NCBI RefSeq assembly: GCF_004010195.1
Contig: NC_057718.1
Coordinates: forward strand, 69,262,748 to 69,326,747
Direction: 5' to 3'
Length of the DNA stretch: 64,000 bases
From: Chiloscyllium plagiosum
Taxonomy: Eukaryota
Part shown: positions 25,240-38,620 of the stretch, piece by piece
Layout of the letters: every line of letters begins with the position of its first letter
Position numbering within the stretch: the first letter of the stretch is position 1
Notes under the pieces: model-generated
The model's database searches: none
Seen by the model: the letters and a program-made list of their open reading frames with translations, nothing else
What the model was told of the DNA's origin: nothing
Translations under genes and position numbers: made by a program

Positions 25240-27200
25240 GTCATAGAATCATAGAGTCATGCGGCACAGAAACAGACCCTTCAGTCCAACTCCTTCATGC
25301 TGACAGTATATCCCAAACTTAACTTGACAAGGTCCTTCAAGATAGACTCATCCAAAAGATTAAGGTGAAATGGATGCAATGGTGACTTGGCCACAAGGAT
25401 GCAGAATTGGCTTGCCCATAGAAGGGTGCTTTGCAGGCTGGAGGTCCATGACTAGTGGTGTTCCACAAGGATCTGCACTGGCTTCTCTGCTGTTTGTCAT
25501 ATATATGCGCGTATATATATGAAAATGTAAAGTTTGCAGACAATATAAAGATTGGTGGAGTTGTGGATAGTGTAGGAGGTTGTCAAAGGATACAGTGGGA
25601 TATAGATCATGAAATGGGCGGAGAAATGGAGCAGAGCATGGAAGTACAGAAGGATCATGGGGTTCAAGTCCATTGCTTCCTCAAAGTGTCCACACAAGTA
25701 GTTAGGGTGATAAAGAAGGCAGGTGGCATGTTTGCCATTATCAGTCAGGGAATTGAGTACAAAAGTCAGGATATCATGTTTCAGCTTTATAAGACTTTGG
25801 TTAGGCCACACTTAGAGTATTGTGTTCAATTCTGGTTGCCACTTGCAAGGATGTGGAGAGGGTGCAGAAGAGGTTTTCTAGAATGCTGCCTGGATTAGAA
25901 AGTCTGAGCTATAAGGAGAGGTTAGAAAAACTTGGGTTGTTTTCTCTTGACCAGTGGAGGCTGAGGGGAGATTTGATAGAAGTCTGTAAAATTATGAGAT
26001 GCTTGATGGTCAGAATCGTTTTCCCAGAGTTGAAATGTCTAGTACTAGGGGCATGCATTTAAGGTGAAAGGGAGAAAGTTCAAAGGAGATGTGAGAAGCA
26101 AGCTTTTTACACAGAGAGAATGGTAGGAATCTGGACGCACTGTTGGGGTGGTGGTGGATGCTGATACTATAGAGCCACTTAAGGGATTTTTAGATAAGCA
26201 CATGAACATGCAAGGAATGGAGGGATTTGGACCAAAGGCAGGCAGAAGGGATCAGTTTAATTTGGCATCATGTTTGGCACAACATCGTGGGCTGAAGGGC
26301 CGTTCTTGTGCTGGACTGTTCTATGTTCTATGTTCTAGTTCCATATGCCTGTATTTGGTCCATATCCTTCCAAACATTTCCTATTCTATTACTTATTTAA
26401 ATGTCTTTTAAATGTTATTATGATACCCACCTCTACCACTTCTTCTGGCAGCTCATTCCAAACATCACCCCTCTGTGAGAAAACGTTGACCCTCAGGTCG
26501 CTCTTAAGTATTTCCCCTCTCACCCTAAACCTATGCCCTCTCATTTTGGACTCCTCTATTGTTGGGAAAAGATCCTTGGCTATTCACCTTATCGATGTCT
26601 CTCATAATTTTATAAACCTTGATAAGGTGACCCAGGGCAAAGAGTCCCAGCCTATCCAGCTTCCTCTTAGAAATCAAACCGTCCAGTCCTGGCAACATCC
26701 TTTATAGTTTAATAACATCATTCTTACAGAAGCGCAACTGAAATTGTATGCAGTATTCCAAAAGTGGCTTCACCAATGTCTTGTAAAGCCACAATGACCC
26801 AAACCCTGTACTCAATGCACTGACCAATGAAGCAAACTTGCCAAATGCCTTCTTCACCACCCTATCTATATGTGACGCTGCATTGAAAGAACTATGAACC
26901 TGCACCGCTAGGTCCCTTTGTTCATCAACACTCCTCCGGGAGCCTTACCATTAACTGTGTAAGTCCTACCCTGCTTTCTTTACCAAAATGCAACACCTTG
27001 CATTTATTTAAATTAAACTCATCTGCCACTTTTTGGCCAATTGGCCCATCTGAGCAAGAACTCTTTCTATTCGTAGATAATCTTCTTCATTGTCTACTAT
27101 ACCATCAATTTTGGTGTCATCCAAAAACTTACTAACCATAACTTTTATATTCTCATTCAAACTGTTGATGTAAATGACAAACAGCAGTGGACCCAGACTG
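25240..27200. mobile_element. Cluster of CR1 3' fragments (plus 25325-26337; minus 25240-25325 and 26340-27200)
   Basis: ORFs 25455..25898, 25820..26062, 26702..26905 with CR1 RT/C-terminal motifs. Confidence 0.85.
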
Positions 27201-27360
27201 TCTCAATATCAGGAACAATCACCTTCACCACATTAACTTTTTATTTTTTGCTTTTGTTTTCAGTTTTTATTCTTTTCCTCTTGATTTATGTTGTCTCTAA
27301 CCTATTTAGCTGATTGTAGTGTATTTTTATGTAAGGAGAATACTTGTCAAGGGAATTGCT

Positions 27361-27575
27361 TTAGCTCAGTTGGCTGGATTGTTGTAGAGCAGCGTGACAT
27401 CAACAGGGAGGGTTTAATTTCCATCACCGGTTTGAGGTTACCATGAAGGACTCTACTTCTGAATCTTTTTCCTTGCCAGAGGTCTGTTGGCCCTCAGGTT
27501 AATTCACCACCACTCACTTCTCCCTAATAAGAGAGCAGCTACTATGGTTTGGTAAGACTATGGCGACACAACAAC
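27361..27575 (+). mobile_element. tRNA-derived SINE (non-HE1 family)
   Basis: A box TAGCTCAGTTGG, degenerate B box, (ACA)n tail; homologous to 18590-18805. Confidence 0.7.
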
Positions 27576-28700
27576 AGAACACCTGTCTTAAAAGGGGTAC
27601 AAACCGATTCTTTATTAAGTTAAATTATTTTTTGGCAAGTTCTCACTGCCTGTTCATGGACAAAGTTGTGATATTACTGTTGATAGCTTATATCATAGAC
27701 AATCCTTCAATAAGTGTAATTATCTAGCTAGGGAACTTCGTGGAATTTGGTGTCACTGGTCATGGGTTCTGTGTAGCTAAGTGCTGGATTCTAGAGCCAT
27801 ACATTCAGCAGGAGGTGGAAGTGGTCATTGGTCTTGAGATCAGCCCTTTCTCTGGTTCCTTTTCTGTACTTTCTTTTTCTCATGACTGTTCTTGAAGAAC
27901 TGTGTCCCTTCATGCAGTAGTTTCATCTAAGTCAGTTTCTTCTGAATGTATTGATATCTATGTTGCATTTCTTGAGAGCAGCCTTCAAGGCGTCATTGAA
28001 CCACTTCCTTTATTCTCCTCTCATCTGAGTGCCTTCTTTGAGCTGGGCAAAGAAGATTTCTTTTGGTAATTGAAACCCAGGCATCCTGAACACATAGCCG
28101 ACCCATGGCCCCAGTGGTGGTGCTATTAGCTCGTTCAAGGATAATGATGCCTGTTCTCCAGCTAATGCAGAGAATACATCTTAAACAGCATTGATAGTAC
28201 TTCTCAAAGATTTTAAGGTGCCATCTACATATAATCCAAGTTTTGGAGACAAACAAAAGATTTGGAAGGATGACTGCCTTATATGTGAGGATCTGGGTAT
28301 CAATACAGATGTCACCGTCATTGAAGACAATCATTGTTAGACATCCAAATGCAATTCTCACGGAATGGAGGTGATGTTGAATTGCTGCATCAATGTCAGC
28401 CTTAGATGAGAGGTAGCTTCCTAGGTCGGTTATACATTCTACATTTGTCATCAGTTCTCCCCTGATCTTAATGGAGGGATGGACTAGAACTTGCCCTGGT
28501 ATGGATTGGTAAATGACTTACATCTTCTTGAGGTTCAGGCTGAGACCAATTCTTGGGTATTGTTCCACAAAGACATTGAGCGAAGCTTGAATATTCTCTT
28601 TTGAGACACCAGAGATGACATTGTCATCCACAAACTGAAGTTCCACAAGTGAGGTCAGTGTTGTTTACTTCTTGGATTTCAACCATTTGAGTTTGACAAG

Positions 28701-29485
28701 TGCTATGAAATTGAAGGCATGTACTGTACCTTTAAGAGAGAGAGAATGCTGTTATGAACTGAGAGATTGTCAGGACCTGTGTATTTGACTCAATGGCAGT
28801 CCAAGACTGTACAGGAAAATTGAAAATATGTAACATTTGGCTGTGAAATGGATACCTGAGTTTTGGTTGCTACTTTGACATAAATTCAAATTTAACCAAT
28901 CAGTTTAAATTATGCCCCAGGATCCAAAAAACCCAATCAAATTTGAATTTATTGTTTTGCCAACATTGAATCAATGAGATGATCCAATGTTGGGGTATAA
29001 GAATGTGGATATTTTGAAATTGGTCAGAGAGCAACTGCCATAGAGAGAAAAACTGCTGGAGAGCTAACTGCCAGTCTAACATCTTGCTCTCAAAGAAATT
29101 AGAAAACCCTCTCTATCAAAGGTACCTTTTCATGTAAATCAAACTTGCAGTAAAAAGAAAGAAGATGACCCAGGGAGATTAGCGACAGGGAAATTGAAGA
29201 CAGCAGAGAGGACGGAGGCTTTGTGGTTTTGAGATTAAGTTAATGCAATTTTAAAAAGTATCTTATTGGAACAGCATATTATTTTTGTCGAGTTAGAGTC
29301 AGATAATAAGCAGTTAAGAGAAAGGGGGGCTTAGATTTGTGAATAGTTTTTGTATTATATTCATTTTCAGAGTTAGAAAATAAATTGATGTTATTTTCTT
29401 TAAATAGTGGAATTTAGGAGCTCACTGTCATGAGGTGAGGTGAGCTTTTTTCTGAGTGTTTGGGATTCACCTCCGTGTCATAAAA
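28701..29485 (+). mobile_element. Solo LTR (Gypsy-like), 785 bp
   Basis: Ends TGCTATGA...TCATAAAA (decayed TGTTATGA/TCATAACA); 4-bp TSD CAAG/TAAG; TATAA at about 28996; AATAAA at about 29379; removing it rejoins the RTE RT. Confidence 0.75.
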
Positions 29486-29749
29486 TAAGTTTTCTATCCA
29501 TCCTGTAAACAATGTCCATCACTGGGAAGCTTTTTCATAACAAGATGAAGATGGAGAAAGGGAGATGCATTGGCACAATGGTGTATCCCTGCTTGATGTT
29601 TGTCTTGATCTCAAAGGATTCTGTCATATTAATCATCAGTAAGGCGAATACAGTTTGTCATGGAGGAGATAGAGGATATTGATGAATTCCATTGGACAAC
29701 TAGCCTTTGGCGGGTCTTCCATAGCACTTTCCGATTGACTGAGTCAAAA

Positions 29750-30419
29750 CCCAAAGAGAGAAAATGCTGGAAAATCTCAGCAGGTCTGGCAGCATCTGTA
29801 AGGAGAGAAAAGAGCTGATGTTTCGAGTCTAACTGACCCTTTTCCAAAGCTAAAAAAAGGGAGAAATAGGGAGGTGTTTATACTAGGCTGAGAGAAGGTA
29901 AGTCATGGCTCCAGAAGCAAAGGTACCAATATTGCTACCTTTATTGCCACCTTTGCTTCTGGAGCCATGACTCACCCTCTTTCAGTCTAGTATAAATGCC
30001 TCCCTATTTCTCCCTTTTTTTTAAGCTTTGACAAAGGGTCAGTTAGACTCAAATGGCCCTCGATGTTGCGCCGATCCAAGCCCGCCTAACCTACACTAGC
30101 CCACTATCCTCCATATGCTTATCCAATGCCCGCTTAAATGCCCATAAAGAGGGAGTGTCCACCACTGCTACTGGCAGGGCATTCCATGAACTCACGACTC
30201 GCTGAGTAAAGAACCTACCCCTAACATCTGTCCTATACCTACCACCCCTTAATTTAAAGTTATGCCCCCTCATAATAGCTGACTCCATATTTGGAAAAAG
30301 GTTCTCACGGTCAACCCTATCTAAACCTCTCCTTACAGATGCTGCCAGACCTGCTGAGATTTTCCAGCATTTTCTCTTTTGGTTTCAGATTCCAGCATCC
30401 GCAGTAATCTGTTTTTATA
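29750..30419. mobile_element. Penelope-like foldback insert, TSD GACTGAGTCAAAA, carrying a young CR1 3' fragment (30054-30327, minus)
   Basis: Exact 13-bp TSD at 29737-29749/30420-30432; long inverted arms around about 29935. Confidence 0.85.
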
Positions 30420-31433
30420 GACTGAGTCAAAAGCCTTGGTTAGGTAAATGAAGGCCATTTAGGGTGGTTGGCATTGTTCCTAGATTTTGTCTTGGTGTTG
30501 CTGAGTTGTTAAATCATGGGTCAGAAGCCTTATTAGCTTTCATGAAGGACTTCCTCAGAGACTGGGAGAATGCACCTAGTGAGGATTCAGGTGAAGATCT
30601 TCCTGAGTTGGAGTGTTGAGAGATTCCTTGGTCTACTTTGTCTCCTTTCTTGAAAACAGTGATAATGGCAGCATCCCCAAGATCTGCAGGGATTTCTTCT
30701 TTATCCTAGATTTTCAGGAAGTTGATGGAGATGACTGATAAGCATTGCTCTTCAAAATTTGAAAAGCTGTGCTGGAATTCTGTCTAATTCTGCAGCTTTC
30801 CATTTTCATGTGTCCAATGCCACACTGAGTGGCAATCCAAAATCATCTTTGGTAGAGAGCTAGGCGAGTTCCTCAAATATGACCTTGTTGATTATATCAT
30901 GGTTTATGAATTCTTTAAAGTCTTCTATCCAATGGAGGCTGATGTTTTCTCTGTCTTTCAAAATGGTTCTATCCTTACTTGCACAGGTTTGAAGCCAAAG
31001 ACATTGGGTCTGTATATTGCCTTGATGACACTGAAGAAACCCCAGGTGTCATGTTTATCAGCAAGGAGTTGCAGCCCTTTATCTTTCTCAGTTCACCATT
31101 GGTTCTTGATTTCCTTAGTTCTTCTTTATAACTCTGCCTTTGTTTTCTGATGAACTCTCCTCGTTTCCTCACTGTTGATGTTATTTTTCTCGGCATGGAG
31201 AGTTGTGCTCTTCTTGTCTTGGATGATGTAGTCATTAATGGTTACCAATCTTGATATTTCCTGGTCTTGTAGCTGATAGTTTTTTCACAGCATGAGATGT
31301 TGCTTTTCAGCTGTTTTCAGATTTCCTCCATTAAAATGAATTCTTTGGGGAAGATATTGATGGAAGTTTGCTACTCTGCATGACTCTTTTAGTCACTCAA
31401 ACTTCTGCATTTTTCTAAACTGTTTCTGGTGAC

Positions 31434-31732
31434 ACAGTGTGGAAACAGGCCCTTTGGCCCAACAAGCCCACACCAACCTTCCGAAGAGTAACCCACCCAG
31501 ACTCATTTCTCTCTGACTAATGCACCTAACATTATGGGCAATTTAGAATGGCCAATTCACCTGACCTACACATCTTTGGACTGTGGGAGGAAACTGGAGT
31601 ACCTGGACGAAACCCAGGCAGACACGGAAAATGTGCAAACTCCACACAAACTGTCACCTGAGGCTGGAATCGAACATGGGTCCCTGGCTATGTGAGGCAG
31701 CAGTACTAACCACTGAGCCACTCTGCTGCCCC
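31434..31732 (-). mobile_element. HE1-type V-SINE
   Basis: Homologous to 9412-9726. Confidence 0.9.
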
Positions 31733-32275
31733 AGTTGATAGACATTGAGGAGTAGATCAGCTGGGGGTCTGTTTAGCAGTTGTCTGCATTGGTTATCATT
31801 TTAAAAAATGTGGACATCCTTTTGGTTTCAGAGTAAATGATGCACATCAGTGGACACATGGTCCTTGACAGAAGATAAATCCAGTGGTAAGGAAAGCTCA
31901 ATGACGGGGAACCTCCCTATTGCTGCAGCCTTTATCTGCCATTACAGCTATTGATACCACACAAATACTTCCTGCCTGCATTGCCATTGAGGTAATTGTT
32001 GTAGAGTGTGCTTTGTCTGGTTCCTGCCTCCAACTTTACCATCATGGATGACCCTGCCAGGAGTTGAGAACTGCTGATAGCATTGCTTTCAGGGTCAATA
32101 GAGCACTAAAGCCTCTCCACTGCAGCAAGGTGGCAATCCACGGAAAAGTATGTACCCTAGTATCATCCAAATGAAGGAGTTCTTACTTAAATCTCGAAAC
32201 TTAGGATCTTAGATGCTTTTATAGCTTGGACATCGGGAGCAAATGTGGAATCTGAGCCACCACTTGCTGACAGTG

Positions 32276-32561
32276 AGATTTACTTAGATTACTTACAGTG
32301 TGGAAACAGGCCCTTTGGTCCAGCAAGTCCACACCGACCCTCCGAAGAGCAATCCACCCAGATCCATTCCCCTACATTTACCCCTAACACTACGGGCAAT
32401 TTAGCATGGCCAATTCACCTAACCTGCACATTTTGGGACTGTGGGAGGAAACCGGAGCACCCAGAGGAAACCCACGCAGACACGGGGCGAATGTGCAGAC
32501 TCCACACAGACAGTTGCCTGAGGCGGGAATTAAACCCGGGTCTCTGTCGCTATGAGACAGC
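32276..32561 (-). mobile_element. HE1-type V-SINE (5' end clipped)
   Basis: Homologous to 9412-9726. Confidence 0.9.
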
Positions 32562-33329
32562 AGATGAGAGGGTTTTCTTATGAAGAGAGATGGAGCAGGT
32601 TAGGCCTATACTCCTTGGAGTTTAGAAAAATTAAAGAACATTTAATTGAGGATACAAAATGTTAAAGGGGATTGATAAAGTAAATGTGCCTCCTTGCCAC
32701 CCAATTTTCCCATGATGGCCCCCTTATTGGCCACCTCCACGCTTGTCTCAGTTAGAGATGGCATGTGATATAATGTTGCTGCTGACCCAGAGGGTCAGGT
32801 GGAGGGAGGCGGAGGGCAGGACTCTTCTGTTCACCCTATGGCTCTAGAGGTTCTCCCATGTCCCTAACAACAGCAGAAGCGGCATCTGCCAGAAAATGCT
32901 CCATGCCCTCATGATCAAACTGTCCTCCCTCACCAGCTCTCCCAGTGACCTCCAATCCCACACCTACTTTCACTCCGAATCTTCCTGATGGTGGGCATCT
33001 GAGGACTGCTGCAGTCTAGACAGTAGCCACTGCTCCTGGAAGTGATACCTTGACTGAAAACCTTGGGGTGTCAGCTTTTCAGTGGGGACATCCTCCCTCA
33101 GAGGAGTGGAAGACATAACTGTTGGCAATTAGCTACCTGATCAAAGGAAAATTGAGTTTTAGTTTTCTGAGTCAAAGCAGATGGGCTTGGCCATGACTTT
33201 CTTTCTGACGTGTACCTCATGTCCACGTAAAATCTGAATCATTGTTTGATCTGGGCACACTTATAAGATTCACTACCTTTCAACATGTGCCAGTCTCCTT
33301 GTGCCAATCTTTACATAATTTAATTAGAA

Positions 33330-34260
33330 CTATTAGCAGGAATAAGCAATTCAGCACCTCAAGTCTGCTCAGCCTTTGGTATGATCACAGTTGGTCTAAT
33401 CTAGCATCGACTCCACTTTCCTGCCGCTCTCTGTGACCTTCAACTAATTACTAATTAAAAATTGTCCATATCCTTTCATTTATTCAATATTCCAGCATCC
33501 ACCACATACTGGGGCAGTGAATTTCACAGATTCACAGGACTTTCAGAGAAGTAATTTCACCTCATCTCTGTTTTAATTTTGCTACCTCTTATCCTAAAAT
33601 TATGACCTCTCATTCTAGATTTACCACATGTGGAAACATGCTAAACTCCAAGGAGTATAGGCCTAACCTGCTCCATCTCTCTTCATAAGAAAACCCTCTC
33701 ATCTCTGGAATCAATGCAGTGAACAAAAACAGAAGTTACTGGAGAAACTTTGGAGGTCTGCCATCATCTGTGGACAAAGTTAAATATCACACAGTACCAG
33801 GTTATAGTCTAACAGGTTTATTTTGAAGCACTAGCTTTTGAAGCGAGATCATCAGGTGATGAAGAAGCAATGCTTCGAAAGCTAGGTCTTCCAAATAATC
33901 CTGTTGGACTATAATCTGTGATTTTTAACTCTGTCCATCCCAGTCCAATACCGGCTCCCCTAAATCATCTGTGGAGAGAAAGCAAAGACAATATTTTGGG
34001 TCCAGTGATCCTTCTTCTGAAAACCGCTGAGTTTTTCCAGCCATTTTTGTTTTTGTTTCTGGTTCCTACATCCACATTTCTTTGGGTTTTTGTTTAGTGT
34101 CAATCTAATGAATTTCCCCTGAACTGCTTCCAATGCAACTATATCCCTCCTCAGGTAAGGTAACCAAAATTGTATTCCAGGTGCAGCCTCACTAATGTTT
34201 TGTACAGTCGCAGAGACACTTCCCTACTCTTACATGTATTCCTTCAGCAATAAATGCCAA
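33330..34260 (-). mobile_element. Old CR1 3' fragment with nested Penelope-like inserts (33725-34090)
   Basis: CR1 3' homology; inner foldback 33775-33963 flanked by exact TSD ATCATCTGTGGA (33763-33774/33964-33975), with GTGATGA-A-GAAGC-aat-GCTTC-GAAAGCTA. Confidence 0.75.
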
Positions 34261-34906
34261 AACTTCATGTGGCTCCGCACAGAAAAAATCTGTAGAAATT
34301 GCTGTTAACTGACTTGATATTTAAGTAGGAATAGCAGGCTTACTGTTGAATCAGTTGGAGCTTTCCATTATAATGTTATCAATTCTTGTGGAATTGGAAT
34401 GTGTCTATTTGTTTGTACATGAGGTTTATGGACAAAGTGTGTGTGTTGCATCACAGTAAGTAAAAAAAGGACAGCCTATTAACTGTGTAATTTGACTATT
34501 TGTGGTTTCATGGGTTTCTTATTAATGGTAATGTTAGTCAGTCTATTAGGAGGTACTCAACATTATCTGGCAGAAGACAAGAGAGCAATTGCAGAATCAG
34601 ATAACTGTAAGCCAGGCTGAAACTGTAGCAACAAAGAGCCTGGGAGGTAATCCACGGAATGTCAGCCAGTCTTTCAGGAAGACTTTGTTCTGCAGTTAAT
34701 TTCATGCAAATATGAAGGATCTCAACAAACTGATATGAATTAAGACAGCTGTATCAACTTAGCCATATAGTGGTTAATTAACACTAACAACAAACATATT
34801 TTAAAATGTTCTCTTTTTTTTTAAGAAAAAGACTAAGGGAGAGAAATTGACCTTGTAGCATCAATTTCTTTGGTAGTTATGAGATCCTAATAAACAAAAA
34901 TGCCAC

Positions 34907-35170
34907 CCAAGATATGTGCACACAATTTTGACCAAGAAATCATCATGCAGTTTCTTCTTAAAATGTGCATCCAATGTCTGCCAGCAGCATGTAGGGCAGG
35001 TAAGCTGTGATGTCAATCAATGCATAAACTGTTGAATTAACAATACACACTGCACACTGATTGACATCCAGGTTGCCCACTCTGCATGCTGTTGGCAGAC
35101 TTTGAATGTGCACACTTTAATAGAAAGCATATGATGCTTCCTTAGTTAGAAATGTGTGCAAAGAACTTGC
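34907..35170. repeat. Degenerate foldback (MITE-like) with arms of about 115 bp
   Basis: 34907-35025 aligns by eye to the reverse complement of 35051-35170 (e.g. GTCTGCCAGCAGCATG / CATGCTGTTGGCAGAC). Confidence 0.7.
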
Positions 35171-35619
35171 AAGTCAGAAAGTCTGATCTCATCTCATCTC
35201 TCACTATGTGGTCTCCAATTAGTTGATTCTTCAAAACTCTGTATCCACAACATCCTGCCGGATGATATAAATCCATTGCAAATACATCTATTGTTCCTTC
35301 CAAATGCTGATGTCATTGATTAAGTTTTATCCATTCTGTCACTAAATTTCTTTTCAAGCTCAAGTTTTATTAAATGTTTTAGTTAACCCATCATACTCTG
35401 GAGTACTTGGCTCCATACTTTGTCTCACCAGAACATTATGAGCTATTGGACATACAGAAACATGCTGCTGAAATAGTGTTGCTCCTTTGTGTGTAAGCCT
35501 GAACCTATTTCACAGTGATGAAGTAGTTGCTTCCACACAACTACACTTGGCCTCACTGTCAGACTTGGAAATGGGTTAAGGTAATGTTGTCACCTCTATA
35601 GATTATGGCAGCTACATAT

Positions 35620-38600
35620 AGAGTCATAGAGTCATCGAGATTTACAGCATGGAAACAGACCCTTCGGTCTAATCGTGCTGACCAGATATCCCAGATATCA
35701 TTCCATACACGTACCACCCTCTGTGTGAAAAAGTTGCCCCTTACGTCTCTTTTATATCTTTCCCCTTTCACCCTAAACCTATGCCTTCTAGTTCTGGACT
35801 CCCGAACCCTGGGAAAAGACTTTGCATATTTACGCTATCCATGCCCCTCATAATTTTATAAACCTCTATAAGTTCACCGCTCAGCCTTCAACGCTCCAGG
35901 GGAAACAGCCCCACCCTGTTCAGCCTCTCCCTATAGCTCAAATCCTCCAACCTTTGCAACATCATTGTAAATCTTTTCTGAACCCTTTCAAGTTTCACAC
36001 CTTTCCAATAGGAAGGAGACTAGAATTGCATGCAATACTCCAACAGAGGCCTAACCAATGTCCTGTACAGCCGGAACATGACCTCCCAACTCCTGTACTC
36101 AATACTCTGACCAACATGTTAGCCAACCTCCAGTCTTCTGGCACCTCACCTGTGACTATCAATGATACAAATATCTTAGCAAGAGACCCAGCAATCACTT
36201 CTCTAGCTTCCCACCAAGTTCAAGAGTACACCTGATCAGGTCCTGGGGATTTATCCACCTTTACCCGTTTCAACACATCCAGCACTTCCTCCTCTGTATT
36301 ATGGACACAGTAAATACTGATGCAAAATACTTATTTAGTATCTCTCCCATTTTCAGGAGCTCCACACAAAGGCCGCCTTGCTGATCTTTGAGGGGCCCTA
36401 TTCTCTCCCTAGTTACCCTTTTGTCCTTAATATATTTGTAAAAACCTTTTGGGTTCTCCTTAATTCTATTTGCCAAAGCTATCTCATGTCCCCTTTTTTT
36501 CCTCCTGATTTCCCTCTTAAGTATGCTCCTACTTCCTTTATACTCTTCTAAGGATTCACTTAATCTATCCTGTCTATACTTTCCTTCTTTTTCTTAACCA
36601 AACCCTCAATTTCTTTAGTCATCCAGCATTTCCTTTACCTACCAGCCTTTCTTTTCACCCTGACAGGAATATACTTTCTCTGGATTCTCGTTATCTCATT
36701 TCTGAAGGCTTCCCATTTTCCAGCCGTCCCTTTACCTGCGAACATCTGGCCCCAATCAGCTTTCGAAAGTTCTTGCCTAATACCAGCAAAATTGGCCTTT
36801 CTCCAGTTTAGAACTTCAACTTTTTGATCTGGTCTAGCTTTTCCAACATTATTTTAAATCTAATAGAATTATGGCCGCTGGCCCCAAAGTGCTCCCCCAC
36901 TGACACCTCAGTCACCTGCTCTGCCTTATTTCCCAAGAGTAGGCCAAGTTTTGCACCTTCTCCAGTAGGTACATCCACATACTGAATCGGAAAATTGTCT
37001 TGTACACACTTAACAAATTCCTCTCTAGGTGAGGGGGTAAATGTAGAGGAATGACTCTGGGTGAGTTGCTCTTCGGAGAGTTGGTATGGACTTGTGGGGC
37101 TGAAGGGCCTGTTTCCACACTGTAAGTAATCTATTCTAATCTAACCTAATCTAATCAATCTAATCTAAACCCTTAACACTATGGCAGTCCCAGTCTATGT
37201 TTGAAAAGTTAAAATCCCCTACCATAACCACACTATTATTTTTACTGATAGCTGAGATTTCATTACAAGTTTGTTTCTCAATTTCCCATCTGACTATTAA
37301 GGGGTCTATAATACAATTTCTCAGTTCCATCCAAATAACTTCCCTGGATATATTTCCAGGAATATCCTCCCTCAGCACAGCTGTAATGCTATCCCTGGGT
37401 CCCCCTACCCCCACCTTACTAGTTTAAATCCTCCCAAGCCGTTCTAGCAAATTTCCCTGCCAGTATATTAGTCCCCTTCCAATTTAGTGCAATCCGTCCT
37501 TCTTGTACAGGTCACGTCTACTCCAAAAGAGATTCCAATAATCCAAAAATGTGGATCCTTCTCCCATCCACCAGCTCCTCAGCCATGCATTCATTTGCTC
37601 TATCCTCGTATTCCTGCCCTCACTAGCTCGTAACTCTGGGAATAATCCCGATAGTACTACTCTCGGGAACCACGTTTTTAAATTTCTGCCTAACTCTCTG
37701 TAATCTCCCTTCAGAATATCAACCTTTTCCCTTCCTATGTCTTTGGTTCCAATGTGGACAATGACCTCTTGCTGGCCCCTCTCCCCCGTGAGAACATTCT
37801 GCACCCTCTCTGAGACATCCTTGATCCTGGCACCAGGGAAGCAACACACCATTCTGCTTTTTCACTGCTGGCCACAGAAACGTCTGTCTGTACCTCAGAC
37901 TAGAGAATCCCCAAACATAATTGATCTCTTGGAACCTGACGTACCCCTCGTTGCATTAGAGCCAGTCTCAAAACCATAAACTTGGCTGTTCGTGCTACCT
38001 TCCCCTGAAAATCCATCACCCCCTACATTTTCCAAAACAGCATACATGTTTTAAATGGGTATATCCACAAAAGACTCCTACTCTAGGTGCCTACCTTTCT
38101 TATCCTTCCTGGAGTTAACCCATCTATGTGACTGTAACTGAGACTTTCCCCCCTTCCTATAACTGCCATCCATCACTTTCTGTTGCTGTTGCAAATTCCT
38201 CATTGCTTCTGTCTCTCCAACCGATCCATTTGATCTGATAAGATTTGCACCCAACAGCATTTATGGCAGATATAATCCGCAGTAACCCTTAAACTCTCTT
38301 TAAACTCCCACATCTGACAAGAAGTACATATCACTCTATTAAAGGCCATTTTTGGTCCTTCACAATCTACAGAGCCAGAAAATAACACCATCTTATTCCT
38401 CTACAAACACTGCCCCAGGTTAAATTAATAGTTATGGCTTATATTTTAGCTTTAATCAAGAGACATAACTCCAAAAACATATAATCAAGAAAGAACCCAC
38501 TCTATTCGCTACTGCAGATTCTCTGTAGGCCACACTTAAAACAATTAACTTATCTGATTTTGTGCTGTGAACTTTGCCCAACAGTTCTTCCAAGATCAGT

Positions 38601-38620
38601 TGTGAATTTCACTGTTTGTT
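35620..38620 (-). mobile_element. CR1 (HER1-like) LINE with ORF1 (Cys motif + esterase) and internally deleted ORF2
   Basis: ORF 38200..38391 CTSCQMWE..YICHKC; 37484..37852 CFPGARIKDV..VIVHIGTKD..DGLH; EN GDFNF; junction at about 36113 deletes the RT core. Confidence 0.88.
37027..37167 (+). mobile_element. HE1-type SINE 3' fragment
   Basis: GGGCTGAAGGGCCTGTTTCCACACTG followed by (TCTAA)n. Confidence 0.75.

Larger units (their letters stand above)
27780..32147 (-). mobile_element. Decayed near full-length RTE-clade LINE with nested insertions
   Basis: ORF 27993..28451 (LGSYLS..DIDAAIQH..AFGCL..YKAVILPNLL..TW); LQFVDD at about 28630; LTKAFDSVNRKVLW split by the 29750-30419 insert; BovB/RTE-like 5' leader GGATTGCCACCTTG..GGAGAGGC at about 32110-32143. 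Confidence 0.8.
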
